Shown here piece by piece: positions 1-12,900 of a DNA stretch of 64,000 bases. The stretch lies in NCBI GenBank assembly GCA_028534125.1, contig CM052818.1, positions 23,748,001-23,812,000 on the forward strand, written 5' to 3'. The number at the start of each line of letters is the position of its first letter. Within the stretch, counting starts at the first letter, position 1. Source of the DNA: Lama glama (Eukaryota). A program made the translations under genes and the position numbers. A model generated the notes under the pieces. It worked only from the letters and a program-made list of their open reading frames with translations, ran no database searches and was not told the DNA's origin.

Positions 1-9
1 CATTTGAAT

Positions 10-420
10 ACTTTGGGAGATTGATTGCACTGTTGACTTCAGTTCTGTATCCTTCCTCACGTTCTCTCTTGGCCATGTGGCTTTGTCATTTCTCCTACTA
101 AAATATGCAGAGTATATTTCTATGACCCCTGACTTTTGGGTTGGGCCAAGCAGACTCACTTTGAACAATGGGATAGAGTGGAAATGATAATGGACCCGTT
201 TCCAGCCCATGAGAGAGCTTGCTGGTCTGTGCTGACTCTCCTGTACTTCTCCCATTACCGTGGGAACAGGCTTCTCTGAAACTGTTGGTTCGTGGAGGAT
301 GAGAACCTTTCCAGCTTAGCCAAGTCTAGGTCAGCTTCTCAGCAGATGAACAAGCTCAGCAGATGCTTATTGAGATTTGTCATGCTGAGTTTTTGTGGCA
401 ATAGCTAACTCACTCACACA
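10..420. mobile_element. Old MaLR (MLT1-like) LTR remnant
   Basis: MLT1-type motifs: 'ggccatgtggctttg', 'ctttgaacaatgggat', terminal 'ttttgtggcaatagctaact'. Boundaries approximate. Confidence 0.55.
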
Positions 421-1039
421 AATCTAATGATGGTCTTATGTTTGAAGTAATTCCACTCGGGTATCATGTGAGAGAACAGAAAATAAGAAAGCTTATCTTA
501 ATAAAATATTCTGCCTCAAAGAAAGTAATACCAAAGTCATCTCAGGGTTAAAACACCTCTCAGAGAAGAGATTCCAAAAGCTCTTTGGGTAACTGTTACT
601 CTTTGGAAGTTGTTCCTTCTAAAGGTGAATCCAGTCCATAATAGTGTTTCAGTTTATGAAATCTTCTTGACATCAAAGACTTTTAAATCAAATTGATTAA
701 AGCTTTTATTTTAGAAACTGTTTTCAACTTGTAAGGGAAAATCATTTTAAGAAGAAACTTAAATGTCTTTTCAAGAATCTGGAAAACTCTGTGGGTAATT
801 AGTTAAAAGCTGACATCAATTTAATTTGGATAATATTTATTGAACTCCTATTTTGGGAAAGTATTTACTCTTGGTAACCACATCTTAGAAAAGATGAAAC
901 TGAGGGCTGTGGACCAAAAAGATGGTTCCTTATATGATAAAGACCCCAAGAATATGTCTGAGATTTTGGCCTATTTTTATCTTTTGGTCAACATTAAATG
1001 CAAAATTGGTCTGATTTTCCTCTTTTAATTGGCTGCTAT

Positions 1040-1620
1040 GCATTTCAAACACTATTCTTATCCATACAGAATCCAGAATGAACTTTGGAAAATCTAAGTA
1101 ACATTCTGTGTCTCTTACTGTTCAGAAATTTTTGGCTTCCCGTTGTTCTTGCAATGAAAGTGAACATCTTCACTATGGCTTGTAAAGTGAATTAGACCTT
1201 GATTAGTTTTTTAATCTTATCTTATGCCACACTTACTGTGGTCCGATCACACTGGCCTTTTTGCTGTTCACAGAAATACTGGAATTTTGTCCCATCTCAG
1301 GCCCTTTGCACATACTGCTGCTTCTGCTTGGGATTCTGTTTCCCCAGAAGATAATTTCTCTTCTTTCATTTCATTCCGGTCTCTTCTCAAATGTCTTTCC
1401 AATAGAAGGGTCTTCTCTGAGTGCTCTATCTAAAACAGTGCCCCACCTTTGTCAAATTTACAGTATCCTGCTTTAGTCATTGTACTTATTACCACTTTAC
1501 ATTATCAGATCTCCCCATCCCATTATGTAAATTCCACGAAAGAAGTACTGTTTTGGTTTGTTTCCTCCTGTATCTCCAGTGTAGGTAGTCTACAAATATG
1601 TGTTGTCTAAGTGGATCAAT
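1040..1620. mobile_element. L2 LINE 3' remnant
   Basis: L2-like phrases 'ctcaggccctttgcacatactgct', 'ctcttctcaaatgtc', 'ctgtatctccagtg'. Highly decayed. Confidence 0.5.
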
Positions 1621-4595
1621 GCATTGGGCTTGTTTTCCAGATCCATGATATGTTCTTCATTGTTTAGCATCCCCTTACCCCTGCTTTTTCCTATATTTGT
1701 TTAGTGTACTTTTGTTGTATTTTAGATTTCTTTTAAAATTTCTGTCTGGATTTTTTTTAAATAACCTAACAAATATATAAAAGAAGCTAAGAAATATAAA
1801 AAATATAAAAATAACCATATGGGATATGGTTAAATTTAAATATATATTGGATCTGGGTAGTATAAACTCTGGGGAATTTTTTAACATAAACCTTGGTTTG
1901 ACTAAGGCACTGGGAAGTTGAGAAAACTAGCAATAATAATAACTAGGGTGGCAACTTAAGGCTAGTTCAGAAAGGGCTCAGGAATTCACTTAGTCTAAAT
2001 CCTTGTACTCGGAGTCCCCTAAAAATATAGGGAAAAAAAAAAGTGAAGAAGGAGAGGTGGGGTAGAGGAAGGTAAGGAAATAATGAAGGAAAAAAGGAGG
2101 AAGGGAAGAAAATTGTGGTCAGGAATGAAGGCCAAATGAGTCCAGACCTTGGGAAGAAGTATTTGATCCTAAGACAACCTGAACAAGAATTACAGAGGTG
2201 CAAAGTTGCTCTGCTGGCTGCATGGGTCCTTTCTATTCCATGTGACACTGTGTTAAAGGTCACTGACTCCAGCACTCTCTTTTTGTATCCGGGGTCCAGT
2301 CATTTTCTAGGAATCTGTAGTCCTGGGTAATGTCAACAGATACATAAATGACACACTTATCCTGGCTCCTTTGCTTTGCTTCCACTGTCTATTTTTGGGT
2401 CCTAGATGAGATTATTCTCCTGAATTGCTGTATCTCTGAGTTTGCAGGAATCAAAGCTAATAACTCCTACCATGTGGTGGTTAAACAGTGAATCAAATGA
2501 TCAAATGTTTTGTGTGTGTGGCGCACATCAAGTGTTATGTGTACTGTTGGGGCAAATGGTGGGGAAGAAAACAAAACATAGTGAAATCCTATCTATTTAT
2601 GGCTATATTGTGCCAAGTTCTGGAAGAGAAGGATGAAATAAGAAAAGAACTATCCAATTTTCAAAGCAGAGACAGAAGGAAATGATGCGCTTTATGAAAA
2701 GAGATACTCTCATCTCATGACTGCTATTTAGGTTTTTTATTATTAAATTTTTATGTTTTATTTTTTATATATTTTTATGTATTTTGTATTTTTAAATAAA
2801 GATTTTTTTGTATTTCATTTTTTAAATTTTTATTATTAATTTGTTATTAATTACAAGTTAAATGGTTTAGATTATTCCAAGGCTAAAGGAAACAACTGCT
2901 TCTTTCACTCTGTGATCAGAATTTATGAGTGGAGATCTGGGTAGGAGATCAGATTGTGGGACTAAATCTGTCTTAAGCACACTTATCTAAGCATTCACGG
3001 TCATTCAGTTGCTATAAGCCCACCGTCAGATAGTCCTCTCTCAGCTAAGCCTATTTCAAAGTTCTGTAAGGCCATGGCTATTGTGTGAAAGGATAAAGGA
3101 ATGAACAGGAAAAAAAAAAAAGCCAACATGCAAAAGGCAAATGTCTTAAAGGATATGTCTAAATAATTACTGTTTGTGGTTATTTACCCGCATCATTAAT
3201 AACAATGAGGGTGGTTATAAAATAGCTAGAATAAGTATCATGACTATAGTTGATGTAGCACTCACTCATCATCATTCAGGTATTGTTCTGACTTCTTATA
3301 TTATCCTCAACCCCTCACGGTGGTTGCTGTTGTCACACCACTTTACAGAAAGGTAAACCGAGATCACAGAGCTGGTAAGAGGCAGAGTTATGATTTGGTA
3401 TATGGTAGTTGTGGCTTCAGGAGTCTATTTTCTTAACCGCTACATGATGGGAATCCTACTATTTTGCCGAAGAAACTCCGAACTTGGCCTGCAAAAGCTT
3501 TTGACTCATCCATTTTTGAAATATTCCCTGAAACGCTCAAACCAGCACCAGGGGGGAGTAGTCTGTGAAAGTGGACACATTCTATGACACCAGTGTATCC
3601 ATAGGTACATCAAAGATGGCGAGATGCATCTTTCCCCGGAGCGGAACCAGGAATCTCAACTGATTCCCAGGGAAATTCCTTCACTCCCAGACCAGGATGC
3701 TCTCCCCTCATTCTTGTCCCTCAGGATTTGGTGTGTTCCAGAAATTAGCTAATGCTGTTTACTTCCCCTCCCTCCCTTGTCTAAATGAAAATTATTCTTT
3801 AAGCTGTAGTTTCCTGTTTCTTCTAAACTATTGTATGTGGGTGTCAGATAAGCTTTAAGATTTAAATGTACAAGTTTCCAGACCTTCATTAAGGAGCTCC
3901 TCCCAAGAGAACTTGAGAAATCCTAGACTTTTGGATGAGACTACCTTGGGGAGGGGTGAGGGTGTTTACAGGAGATGGGAGGAAGCATGGCTGCTGGACA
4001 GCAAGAGCGATAGACTGAAGAAGGTATTTCCAATTTTACATCAAATGTCTGTTACTCCCACTCCTTACTTACTAACCACCTTGAGTTTGTTCAAGGTGGC
4101 AATAAGTCCCCTTTTCTCTGCCACCCCCGCAGAATAGGAATGCCATTTCTCAGGATTCCTTATAATTGTAGCCAAAGGAAATAAACGGAGATTGCTGGGT
4201 TTTCTAAAAGAAAAATTTATTTTCTTAACTGTAGGAGATTTGCCTTCATTCTCCATCATTTCCTGCTACTTTCAAGGACTGTAGACAGGGTACCTGGAAA
4301 TGGACTTGCTGTCTTAAACAATGAGGATGAAAACCACATGCTCTGTTTGGAGAGTAGGAAGGAGGCTCATTTCCTCATAATTTACTCAAGTGTATCACTG
4401 ACTTTAAAAGTGCTTACTTTCTGACTTTATGTTAGAAAAAATGAGTAGCATTGTGTCATATGTAGTCAAACTAATATTTGAAACTAATATAGCTAATATA
4501 ACTAGTTACTATGGCAACTAATGTAACTGATACACTTAGAATAAAGATTGCATCCCTCCTTCCATTCACATACAACACAAAACAAATTACTTCTT

Positions 4596-4694
4596 TTTTT
4601 TTGAGTTATAATTGTTTCAGGTGTGCACCATAGTGATTCAATATTTTTATACCTTATGAAGAGATCACCAGCATAAGTCTTGCTACCATCTGTC
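4596..4694 (-). mobile_element. Very short 5'-truncated L1 3' end with target-site duplication
   Basis: Poly-T followed by L1 3' UTR sequence ('gtttcaggtgtgcaccatagtgattcaat'). Flanked by aacaaattacttctt (4581-4595) and aacaaactatttctt (4695-4709), 13/15 identical. Confidence 0.7.
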
Positions 4695-6649
4695 AACAAA
4701 CTATTTCTTAGTGCTTCTAAGTATCAAGGGAATTTGTAGGTTTTCTTTAACTCCTAGAACTATCTTAGAGGCTTTTTTTTTTTTACAGAGAGGATTCTCC
4801 AAACTCGGGGTAATCCTGTGCTCCTAATAAGAAATCATACCATAGGCAGAGAAATGGCTGCACTGGTTTCTCTATCCTTGCCATTATAGCTTTAGAAAAC
4901 CACTGACTTGATGTGGGAAAATGACCTCCGATTGTGCTAATTCTGCCCCTCCCGGGGCTTCCTCGAGACTACAGTGTATGCTCTCCAGGGACATCAGGAA
5001 GGTTTCCCTGAATTCCTGCCACAGCCTCTATCATTATATCCTTTCTCATTCACATTTTCCCACTCTTTAAGTTAGTGGTATGTGATTGGCATCATTCTCT
5101 TTTTTTAGGTTATTGAAAGATGTTTTTTCCTTCATTATTTCTCTTCTCTTTGTACGGTTGGGTCAACTTACAAGATGGTTGTTTAGAGCCATTTTGTATT
5201 CTCTTCTCTCAAAGTCTCAAAGTTAATGTTATTAATAATATTACTTTTAGGAGTTGTATTGATAAACTTGTACATACAAAAGAAAGTATGCCTTCATTTG
5301 TTGGCCTTTTTAAAAATGAATAATATGAGTAGTGTTTTTTATGAGATGTTTAAAGAAAAGGGAAAAAAGCATTACACAGTCTGTATATATTGACGCACCC
5401 TCTGAAAGATGAAGAAATGAACGCACGAATTTTCTTTCTCCTTTCTTTGTTCCAAATTGAATTTTCAGTTTTTCTTGCTGTTCTCTTTACAGCTTACATA
5501 ATACACTTCAAACTCTGCCTCTTAGTGTTTCTGCATTAACCTTTATCTATAGATGTCATTCTCAGGAAAAGGAAGTAATTTCCTTACTCTATCCTTGTCT
5601 TTTCCCATTTTCTGAAAAAAAAATTATATTATTACTGAATTCTTGACATTTAACTTCTGTGACCCCCATTTTCCAGTTTTTAACTAAATTTTATATTTAG
5701 GCAAATTCTCTACAACCCTTACTTAGACCTGCTTATTGTTAATTTTCCTTTCATATCTTGGTTGCTTCTGTAATTGACTTGTTTTGTTAGTGCTCTTAAG
5801 GAAGGCTTCTGTGTGATATATTTAACTGAAAACTTTGATCCCACTTTTATCTCCAAATTATTTTTCAAATTATTTTGTTTTGGAAGAAGAACTATTTGAG
5901 ATTCAGGTTCAGTCTACTACCTTAAACAGTTTCTTCTGCTCATGCATTTCTTCTGCTGTGTAAAAAAGGGTAGCAAGCGTAATTTAGTGTATAGTATAAT
6001 ATGTTACAGATATGACCTCAGGATCTGTTGACAAATATTAAATATTATTAACATAACTGCTAGCTCAATTTTTGTGAACAGATAGGGAATGATAAATAAT
6101 TTTATTAAATATGTTAATCATTGCACATTCTCACTTTGCACTTTCTCTCATAGTATCATCAAGCTGGCATCCTGCACATCACAGTATATGTGACTCAGGG
6201 ATAATATTTAGTTTTTATTGATGTATGACTGATAATGTAAGTCTTATGGTTGATGTAAGACTTCGGTAACTTGCACCATTAGAATCCTCCAGGTTAAAAT
6301 TTTCTCTTCCATTTTTTTATGGTTTAGAAATTTTGAGTTTCAGATAAACTCTTATTTAAGCATTCAAGGAGATATACTACTTTAAAAAATAAACAATAAA
6401 GAGAACCACCTTGCCATTTCTGTAGCATAACTCTAGTAAAGGAATGATATTCCTCAATCAAGACACTGACTAGTTTACTTTCCTTGGTATTCATCAAAAT
6501 TACCATCTACATGCCAGGTAGACAGACTATATGTTTTTAATTCTGTTAATACATAGAGTTGCCTATCACAGGAATCCATCCAGCATAGTTCAGAGAAAGA
6601 GATAGTTTACAGTATTTAAACATGGCCTTAAATCAGTACAACTCATTAA

Positions 6650-6850
6650 GACAATCTGAAAGAGTCAAATTTTGGGCCTATTGTGTAACCTTGGTCATGT
6701 TGCTTATCTCTCCAAACCTCAGTATCCAATTTTGTAAAAATGGGGATGAAAGAGTAACTGTCTCACTCTCATTCATGACTAAATGATTCGCATAAAGAGT
6801 TCATTACAATGCCTAGCACACAGCACTCAAGAAGTGGTGGCCATTATTAT
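6650..6850. mobile_element. MIR SINE remnant
   Basis: MIR core 'tgtgtaaccttggtcatgttgcttatctctccaaacctcagtatcc...tgtaaaaatgggga' and 'atgcctagcacacagcactcaag'. Confidence 0.6.
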
Positions 6851-9800
6851 CCTGTATTAGGAATATCTTTAATTTTAATTTTAAAAATCACTGTTTGTAA
6901 TCTGACCATGAGATTTCCAGAAAACCAAGAGATAATTCTGGCTTTTAATTTACTGCCATTCAACTATAATTTATTGGACAACTATTTTGGGTAAGGCTCT
7001 GTAGAAGATATAAAAATAATTACAAATTTATTCTGGGTCAAGTATATAACTTTTAAGTTAATGATCAGTGTCAGTGGCCAAATCAGATAGCCAAGTCTCT
7101 TAAGTGGACATTTGTTTGGATCAAATTATTTAATTAAATGATTATTTAAATCATTTCAGGAACAAGGTGATGAGGATGTGCATAAAATAACAGACTAGAA
7201 AAGGATAAGTTTTATAGCTAACACATGTTTCTGTGCAGACTGATGAATTCTTAATTCCATCCTGCAATGAAAATTAATTTGATATATTTGATCGGGTGAA
7301 GGAAAAAAAAATGCCAGTTATTTTCCTAATGTGACTAGAAAGTTCTAGACTTCCACAAGTTTTTGTTGTTGTTGTTGTTCTTTGTTTGTTTTTTTGCTGG
7401 GTAGAAATGTTAATGATGTATGTTTATTTCCTTTTCTACAAACTGCTGTGTTGACTGATCTGTGTAACAGCCATGTATGTGGCATGTTACACTCCTGGAG
7501 GCTGTTTCTATCATGTTAAACAGGAATGCTTGGCAGGTTATGGGGCAAGTGGAAATTAGCAAATTTGGTCTACTAAAAACGTTTTGTTCTGTTCTTCCCC
7601 TGGTAAGAATGAGACAGGTTCAAGGGCTGTCTCCTGTCAGTCATTTCCCTTTCTGGGTCTTGCGGACTTACTGGTACATGATATCCCCATGAAGGGACAG
7701 CTCCCTTCTCAGAATTCCTGTTACTGAGACAGAACTTTCAGGAGCAGCAGCGTAACAGGTATTTCTCCTCCCACTGGAAAAGTAGTGATTAATGTCAGAA
7801 TTCGTGACAGATGCTTGAGTGTGCTCCAAAATAGACAGACCCTGCTGATGATGGGGAATTGAGGTTTATGCTTCTGCAAAATTCACTCTCCCCAAGCAGC
7901 TTGCCTAGAAGTAGTTCATTTTTATATTGACTATTTCTGACTGAATGCTTTCACCAAGTTGACATCCATGGGAGTAATTATTTGCTCAAGGAAATCTGTT
8001 GGTGTCAAAATTTTTCAGAAGATTGGGCTGGGATAGATAGAGTTATAATAGGTAAGGTTCCCATTGTCATTGAAGTCTGGCAGATCCTTTCCTGAGGACG
8101 ATAATCCAGACCATTATTTATATTCTAACCAGCCTTTCCTATTTCCCAGATGTCTCATCCTCTTTCTTGAAAAATATTCTTATACTTTCTCCTTTTCATT
8201 GAGTGTGACATTCTGATTTCTTTCTTATTACTCTCTTGGGTTTTTCCTTTCCACTTACTTGGCTGAATTGGCTTTCTCTGATTTGAGATTTTAGGTATTT
8301 ATTCTCAAAGCAAGGTAGTGTTTTTCTCCTTCGATTCTTTTCCTTCTTTCCCCTCTCTTGTTCCTACATTGTATACTGTCCCTCAAAGATTTTATCTGAA
8401 ATTGAAAATGTGTAAGAGATTTCAATAATCCCATGAAATCATATATATATATACCTATTATTTTTTTCTTAAAGCTCTCACATATAATGATCTCATTTGT
8501 TCAACAGTTATTAAGTAGTGTTTTATTTGGAAAAGTAGCTCAAATAAACATTTTAAATCAACTATATTAAATATTTACTATTTTTATATATCATTTTCTT
8601 ATTTTTAACAACATACTTAACCTTCAGCCAGTTCTGATATAAAGTGTAGCTCATAAGGGACCTTAGAGGAAACTTAAACTTACAGAGATCAGAAAACTGA
8701 GGTCAAAGTGTTAGATGCCTTCTTCAAGATCATATAAGTATACTTGTATTATCAACACTAGAGCTGATACCTGGTTTTCTTGAATGTGCTTTCTGCCACA
8801 CTGTGTTGCTTATACGGTGAAATTTTAGTAATTTACATTTAATAATTTTTGAGTTACTTTCAAATTTTTTAAAATCAACTGCAATTCAAAATAACTATTT
8901 TTCAGCAAAGTTCAGTGGAATAAGTGAATTTTGGCAGAGAAATTGTGGCAGAATTTACTAACTTTATATCCAGCAACTTCCAAGGTCTTTCCAAATGTAT
9001 TCAAGTAACTCCTTGTCTTTCAACTCTCAAACAAATGTAGATGGAATCTTGTTATCAATTCTCCACAGCAATGTAAGTGTCTTTGTGTGCATTTATCACT
9101 TCATATTTACTCCCGTATTTAGAGCACAGTGTGGTCTGGTTCATTTTGGTGGCTGTCACTCTGAACCTCTTTCATGGAAAATTTCTCCAATCCTGGGAGT
9201 AGGTAAAGGAAGCTGAGCCATAAGCAATATAATTACTTTTTTCCTATTCAGGGTCTCTATATTAAAAAAAAAAGTACTGAACAGAGAAATATCTCTCCTA
9301 GACAGAAGCTCTATCTGTGCAGGTTTTTGCAGTTGTCAGAGTAATGCATGTCAGAATATAAATTAATTTGACTAGAGAATTAGCTCTATTTCTCAATGGC
9401 CTCAAATCGATGGAGCATCTTCTCTTGTTGAAGGACATGAGGAAGTTCTGAAGGCCCTCCCAATAGAGTTTCTTCTGATCTTTTTTACTCTGTTTCTAGA
9501 CATATCAGGGAACAATAGTGAAATACTCATCCCAAAGTCAGGAACTCCACATAACCTTATGATTGATTGGATAAGATTTAAATATGAAAAGACAAATAGT
9601 TAAATTCTAAATTTACACAAATTTTAAGAATTGTATTCTATATAAGATTTTGTTGAAGATGTAAATGTTTTCAGAGCTGGTTAGTATGTCACTAATGAAG
9701 TGTACCAAGATATAAATGGTAAAAAGCAGAGATGGCTAACAGGAAATTCAATTCTATAGGATATATAATAGTCTCTAAACTAAGGACCTATCATATTTTA

Positions 9801-9974
9801 TCCCATTTCCCCCTTAAATTATCATGTAAATATGGAAAAATCATTTGACCTTAGTTTCTCCTCTCTGCAAGAAGTGCTTGAGAAAAATAAGGGACTGTAT
9901 GACTCATGAAAACAATCACAGAACCTTTGTACAGCTAAGTATTTCTAAAATTTAAAAAAATGATAAAACGTAAA

Positions 9975-12900
9975 GGAGGGGATCAAGCTGGCAGAGCAGG
10001 AGGACATGAAACTCGCCTCCCCCAACAAAAACATCAAAAATACATCTACATATGGAACAGTTCTTCCTGAAAACTAACTGGAAACTTGCAAAATAACTCC
10101 TGTACAACCAAAGCTGCAAGAAAGATCTCCCTGTAACCTAGCAGGATGGCAAAAAAGGCATCAGGTCCAGAACTATGCCCCTCAAAGGTATCTGTAAGGG
10201 AAAGAAGGTCTGCACAGGCAGACTCTTGCTCTGGGAAGCAAGTAGGCTGAGCCACAATCTGGGCATTCCAATCCTGAGGTCCTGCCTGGAGGAGGCAGTT
10301 CCCATTGCCTGCTAGGAAATCTGCTGAGACAAACAGAAGGGCTGGAGAAGCCTGGACTCAGGAGGAGTGTGTATGTGATGACTTGCCAACAATTGACCCA
10401 GAGAGAGTCTTGCACTGGCAGCTGCTGCCTCACTGCAGTTCCCAATCCAAAGGAGTGAACAACCTGGCCCAGCTCTCTCTATCCTACAGCCTGGCTCAAG
10501 ATTTGGGGAAAGACTTTGTCTAGCTAAACAGTGACAGACCAGATGATGTGAGGTTTCGTCTGCGTGGGGTGGTGACTGCCATTGTCAGCAAGCTTAGGAT
10601 TACAGAAGTTCATCTCCTATTGAGTACCTGGGTTGGCCCACTCCACACCTCAGCTTGGTACCACCTCTGTGGTAGACAGGTCCTGGGAGAAGACTACCAC
10701 AGGGGCAGCCCAGATCTCAGGTGGCAGCACAAACACCTCAGTTCCTTCAGCCACAACACCCTGAGCCCAGCCTACTCCCTGCCATAGCCTTGCACTAGAT
10801 CTGGGATGAACACAATAGAAAAAGGGATGCAACGCTGGGCTACTTTTGAGTGGAACCATGGATGCCTACACAGGTGATGCATAGGTCCTCTGTGACCACA
10901 CGGGCCTCATTTGCTTGAGCAATCACCTCCTTTGGGGCAGGGCACACGCTCAAAGGCAGTGGAGCCTCATCGAACCCAACTCTCAGGGCTTCTACTCCAA
11001 CAACTGGGGAGCAGACTCCATCCCTGACAAGGCAGTGAGAGCCACGAGTAGAGGTGAAGCCACACCTCATATGCTGCACAGGCTTTACATACTTCATTGA
11101 CAGCCATTATCAAGGGGATAATGTGCAATACACTCTGAGGAAAGTAGTGGCTGGTATTCATACCTAAATCAGCCCTTACACCAAAAACATTGGACACAGA
11201 CAGTCTACACAGGGATGCTCCCACATAAGAACACCTCTTCAAGACCACAGTAGTTAACTGTTTCTCCTGAATTCAAAGAAACAGAGAAAGTTTAATCAAA
11301 AGCAGAAGAAATAACTCCCAATTAAAAGAACAAACAGAGCTCACTAGTCTTCTAGACCCTGAATTCAAAAGTGTGGTAATAAAAATGCTAACTGAATTAA
11401 GAAAGATTATCCATAGAAAAGCAGATCACTGTAACAAGGAATTTGCAACTAGAAAGATGAACCAATCAAAAATAGACAATTCAGTTGTTGAGATAACAAC
11501 CTATCTAGAAGCAATGAATAGCAGACTAAATGATACAGAACAAGTAAGTGATCAGGAATATAGAATAGTGAAAATCACCCAATCCCAAAAAAAGACAAAT
11601 GAAAAAAAAATTAGGAACTCCCAATATATGAAACCTAAATATATAAAACAAATACTAACAGGAGGACTTTTGTCTCCTTTAGTCCCTGTCGATAAAGGGA
11701 GAAGGTGACAATAATAAAATAACAGTAGGAGAATTTAGCACCCTACTGACATCAATGGACAGATCATCCAAACAGAAAACCAGTAAGGCAACAGAGGTCC
11801 TAAATGACATAACAGACCAGTTGAATTTAATTGATAGCTACAAGACACTATATACATCCCCCCAAAAAACCCCCCCAAAAACCAGAATACACATTCTTTT
11901 CAAACATGCATAGAATATTCTCTAGAATAGACTACATATAAGGTCTCAAAACAAGCCTCAACAAATTTAAGATTATTTCAAGCATCTTTTCTAACCACAA
12001 AGGTATGAAATTAGAAATCAACCACAGAAAGAAAAACAGGAAAAAACTGAACACATGGAGACTAAGAACATGCTACTCAGAAACCAATGGGTCAATGATG
12101 AAATCAAAAAAGAAATCACAAAATACATCAAGGAAAATGAAGATATAGCCTTATCAAATCTGTAAGATGCAGCAAGAACAGTTCTAAGCTGGAAGTTCAT
12201 AGCAATAAAGGCTTTCCTTAAGAAACAAGAAAAATCTCAGATAAGCAACTTAATCTACCACCTAAAAGAATTAGAAAAAGAAGAATGAGCAAAACCCAAA
12301 GTCATCAGAAGGAAGGAAATAATAACGATCAGAGAGGATATAAATAAAAAAGAGATTAAAAACTAGGAAAGATCAGTGAAACCAAGAGCAGGCTTTTTGA
12401 AGAGATAAACAGAATTGACAAACCTCTAGCCAGACTTACCAAGAAGAGGACCTAAATAAACAAAATAAGAAATGAAAAATGAGAAATAACAACTGATACC
12501 ATAGAAATATAAAAAAATCCTCAGATAATATTATGAATACTTCTATACCAACAAATTGGACCACCTAGAAGAAATGACTGTATTTCTAGATGCATACAGC
12601 CTGCCAAAACCGAGTCAAGAAAAAACAGATAATTTGAACAAACTAAATGCTCAGGCAAAAAAAAAATGTGACAATGAATATATGTATGTTCATGTATAAC
12701 TGAAAATTCGTGCTCTACAGTGGAATTTGACACAACATTCTAAAATGACTGTAACTCAATAAAAAATGTAAAAAAAAAAGAAATAGAATCTGTAGTTTTA
12801 AAACAAAAAAAACTTTTTGCAAACAAAGGTCCAGGACTGCACATCTTCACTGGGTAATTCTACCAAGGTACAAATAAGAATTTATATTTATCTGTCTCAA

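Noticed and set aside
3545..3910. Possible additional LTR fragment
   Set aside because: The composition is suggestive, but I could not fix termini, a TSD or a family.
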